From Amoebophrya sp. A120 (taxonomy: Eukaryota > Protista > Dinoflagellata), in assembly GCA_905178155.1 (NCBI GenBank), contig CAJINV010000033.1:1-21284 (forward strand): a stretch of 21,284 nt of DNA. The letters are read 5' to 3'. Within the stretch, counting starts at the first letter, position 1. Each line of letters starts with the position of its first letter. Below the pieces are notes generated by a model. It had not been told where the DNA came from, made no database searches, and saw nothing but the letters and a program-made list of their open reading frames with translations. The position numbers were made by a program, and so were the translations under genes. Positions 19,001-21,284 of this stretch are shown piece after piece.

Positions 19001-21284
19001 GTGGCGGTGGAAGCAGCCCACGGGGGGAACGCGTGCCCCAAAAAGGGCGACCACAAGTATCACCAAAGTCGGTTCTGCCACGAGAATCCGGTGTGTGACG
19101 AAGATTGCAAACTCTCCGATTGGACGCCCTGGTCGTCTTGCTCGGTGATACCCTGTTGCAAACTGCTAGCGCACTAGCATATTTGTCATGCTGTAGTACA
19201 GTAGGGATAACATGATAAATTAAAGTATGATATACAATGCGTATTTTATTTTACCATAAGTATATCCTCGCGGTAAGTTGTATGTAGTGAGGTCACGAAC
19301 GTTCTAATCTAGCGATCTTTTTGACATGTCTTATCCAAAACGACCGGCAGTTTTCAAGTGGCCGGAGGTGTTTCTGAGCATAAAAGATTTCCATTGATCA
19401 AGCGGCCGGGGCTTTGTTGTCAAAAAAGCCCGAGCCAATTCTATCGATTCGCGCTTGATAAAACGACGCAGCGGAGCCGGCAAAAGGGGCACCCTTCTGA
19501 GGCGCCCGCCGCATCTGTTTCCGTCGATTTGGGGCGCCCAAAAAGGGACGCCCAAAAAGCAGCACTCCGAAAAAAACAGCGAATCCGCATAGTATGGGCC
19601 TCATTTTGGCCCACATTCGGGCCTCGCAAAAGACGCCACCAAAATCCGCCATTTCAGAGGCGGACTGAAGGCCAGAAGATGCGGCATTTTGCCAAAAAAA
19701 GAACAAAAAAACCAAGTCCGCCAAAAGCAAAAAGCCAACTCGCATGCTATGGGCCCGATTTGGGGCTCCCAAGGGTCCGTCCCTGGCGCGGGCCCTGGCG
19801 GGGCCATAGCATGCGGGGAAGGTTTTTCGATTCGAAACCAAATGGAGGCCAGCTCTGGAGTGAGATTTTTAGCGACCGCCGTGCCGTCGTGCATAGCATT
19901 ACCCGCGATGGCATGGTGGGCAGAGAAGTTGCGTCTTTTTTGGCGTGAAGACAAAAAGACCGCCATGACCTCACTACCTCCGCGGACGCGGCTATTATTG
20001 GTAGATGGTGCACGTGCACCGGCTTGGAGTACTTTTTTGGATCGGTCTGCGGATGACGTAGGGTTTTATGTGTGCCTCCGGGGAACCTACCTCTTTGTCT
20101 CGGAGGGACACCAGATCCGCATTAGGTGTACGTAAAAGTTGTAGATTGGCGTTTATCTTCCCAGCATGACAATAAATATCGTTCGCTAGGAGTTTTCCGT
20201 ATGATAGGTGACCTGTGGCGACGGGGGCACGCAACGTCGCGAGCGGAAGGTACTGTCCGCGGGACCTGCCGCACAAGGAACGGCTTGCGGCCCCCTGCAC
20301 GAAGTGCGGCAGTGTCCGAGAAAGGAACCCTGCCCGATCACGTGTGCGCAATACGAGTGCCACACGCACAACTTCTCCGGGCCCCGCTACATCAGTGCCG
20401 TGACGGACCAGGCCACGGGTGATGCTGCGAACGTACTGAAGTATCGCAGGGAAAAAAGCTGGCAAAGCATATGCGTAAAAAACCAAAATGAAAATCTCTG
20501 TTGCGTATGCTGAGTAGCATGTTATGGGCTCGCCCTTTTCAAACATGTCTGCGTAGTCATTCTTACAGGATACAAGCATGCGATGCTAGCTTTTTTCTGT
20601 GTGATATGAAGCCCGCGACGAGGATAGGGACGTACCTGTACACGCTTGCAACCACGTATCGCATGAAAAAACGCTTATGAAAAAGTTGAACATGCGACGC
20701 AGAGCCCGCATGATCCAACAGGAGTGCAAGTACTAACTGTTTGAGATGCAGCATTCTTGCTACGAAAAATGTTGCACGTACAGATCGATGGTCAGTTATG
20801 TTTCAGCCGTTGCAGGGATGCGTAAGTGATTTTCTGTGGTATGTAGGAATCAAATAACGTTGTATCGTGAAAGGAGATTGAGATCATGTTTCGGAAGTTG
20901 CACCACTAATAAGGTCGTCGCAGTGAAGTAAACTTTTTGAAACGATACGTCGGATCCGTGTGACGCTTCCGTGGATGTGACGGACCCGCAGAGCTGTGAG
21001 CAAGTCTGCTGTGCTGCGACGTACTGCGTCAACGACGACGAGTGGCCCCGCTATCCCTGGACGGAGTTTGACCACATCAAAACGGTCTATTACATTGAAA
21101 AATGCCCCCCACTCCTGAAATTGCAAAAATTTGTGATGCGAAGTTTCCAAATGAAAACTTTTTATCATGCCGGCACGGGATGGCTGTCGTCGCGACCGTC
21201 TCACCTACGATCTACGCCTTCTCCTGCTGCACAAGTTCGATCCGGAAAGGGTTTAGGTTAGGTTTCAGGGTTTAGGATATCCAC
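16069..21284 (+). CDS. Secreted or surface protein with about 7 thrombospondin type-1 (TSP1, spondin-like) repeats and Cys-rich spacers; multi-exon, probably 3'-truncated by the window
   Basis: Hydrophobic signal-peptide-like segment (STGFFVFVFFLTAG). Repeated VDC...WxxWxxCSxTCG...RxR...GxPCP motifs in ORFs 16027..16749, 18110..19177 and 20208..20513. The splice 19144|20208 reconstitutes WSSCSVTCG. Start could be ATG 16069 or 16117. Confidence 0.88.
16570..16842 (+). other. Intron with ~30-nt TIR (probably non-canonical)
   Basis: TATCAATTGCAAAAATGTCTGGCTCTGGAA (16569-16598) pairs with TTCCAGACTCAGACATATTTGCATTTGATA (16813-16842), 26/30; 273 nt keeps the frame. Confidence 0.7.
16991..17199 (+). 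other. Intron containing an 18-nt near-terminal inverted repeat
   Basis: GTCAGGTTTGAAATCGAC (16991-17008) pairs with GTCGCTTTCAAACCTGAC (17169-17186), 17/18. The TSP1 frame resumes at PGGQPCPRLVEKTAC (17200); GT-AG 16996-17199 is in frame. Confidence 0.65.
17253..17449 (+). other. Intron flanked by ATGC[G/A]TTG direct repeat
   Basis: Removing 197 nt joins ACDYAL to ITRHVDNHNFACF. The 5' end TTGCAAATATGTCTGG resembles the TIR of the 16570 intron. A GT-AG alternative (to 17434) exists. Confidence 0.6.
19145..20207 (+). other. 1063-nt canonical GT-AG intron with GGTGA direct repeat
   Basis: TCG|GTGATA ... GATAG|GTG ACC TGT GGC; restores the CSVTCG motif. Confidence 0.85.
19284..19977. mobile_element. 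MITE-like insertion inside the long intron
   Basis: Perfect 12-nt inverted repeat GTAGTGAGGTCA (19284-19295) / TGACCTCACTAC (19966-19977). Interior is GC-richer than the flanks with A/T runs and a 12-bp internal IR (19741-19752 / 19804-19815). No target-site duplication seen. Confidence 0.5.
20441..20610 (+). other. Intron with 24-nt TIR and TGAAG direct repeat
   Basis: GTATCGCAGGGAAAAAAGCTGGCA (20441-20464) pairs with TGCTAGCTTTTTTCTGTGTGATAT (20584-20607): 19 Watson-Crick pairs, 4 G-U, 1 mismatch. 170-nt removal is in frame. Confidence 0.7.
20656..20948 (+). other. Non-canonical intron (GT...AC) with ACGT direct repeat and ACGTATCG/CGATACGT TIR
   Basis: 293-nt removal gives TYLYTLATTSDPCDASVDV in frame. 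Confidence 0.7.
21248..21276 (+). repeat. Degenerate telomere-like (TTTAGGG) repeats
   Basis: AGGGTTTAGGTTAGGTTTCAGGGTTTAGG, about four imperfect units, followed by non-repeat ATATCCAC. Confidence 0.6.

Noticed and set aside
19358-20135. ORFs 19358..19948 and 19689..20135 as a transposase or nested gene
   Set aside because: No catalytic motifs; composition is driven by A/T and G/C runs inside an intron.
1806-21139. Recurrent 11-mer as a CRISPR-like array
   Set aside because: Too short, irregularly dispersed in both orientations, eukaryotic context, no cas genes.
53-21204. Minus-strand ORFs (e.g. 518..1312, 4879..5724, 13048..13539, 16054..16632, 17343..17852)
   Set aside because: They are antisense shadows of GC3-rich + strand exons or GC-rich DNA, with no recognisable protein features.
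21248-21284. True chromosome end
   Set aside because: Only about four imperfect units, followed by non-telomeric sequence.

Overview
Eukaryotic genomic DNA, not prokaryotic. GC-rich exons are separated by short AT-rich or low-complexity introns, and every credible gene is on the + strand. Contents in order: (1) the 3' part of a multi-exon hypothetical gene (to 2167); (2) a decayed, CTAG-rich gene-like region (~2.9-4.5 kb); (3) a GC-rich remnant of an LTR-retrotransposon-type integrase (~4.8-6.3 kb); (4) a long multi-exon gene or pseudogene with frame breaks (~6.75-11.7 kb); (5) an intact gene for a probably mitochondrion-targeted helical protein (12529-15290); (6) a secreted multi-TSP1 (thrombospondin type 1) protein gene running off the end. 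The most striking pattern is in the introns: many are bounded by intron-specific terminal inverted repeats (TIRs) plus 3-5 nt direct repeats (DRs), and splicing at those repeats restores the reading frame without GT-AG ends. This resembles the introner-type non-canonical introns described in the syndinian dinoflagellate Amoebophrya (taxon inferred, not proven). An 11-mer, AT[TC]TGT[CG]ATGC, occurs 11 times exactly, all in inferred intronic DNA. All exon boundaries were derived by eye and need RNA-seq; in-frame GT-AG alternatives exist for several introns.
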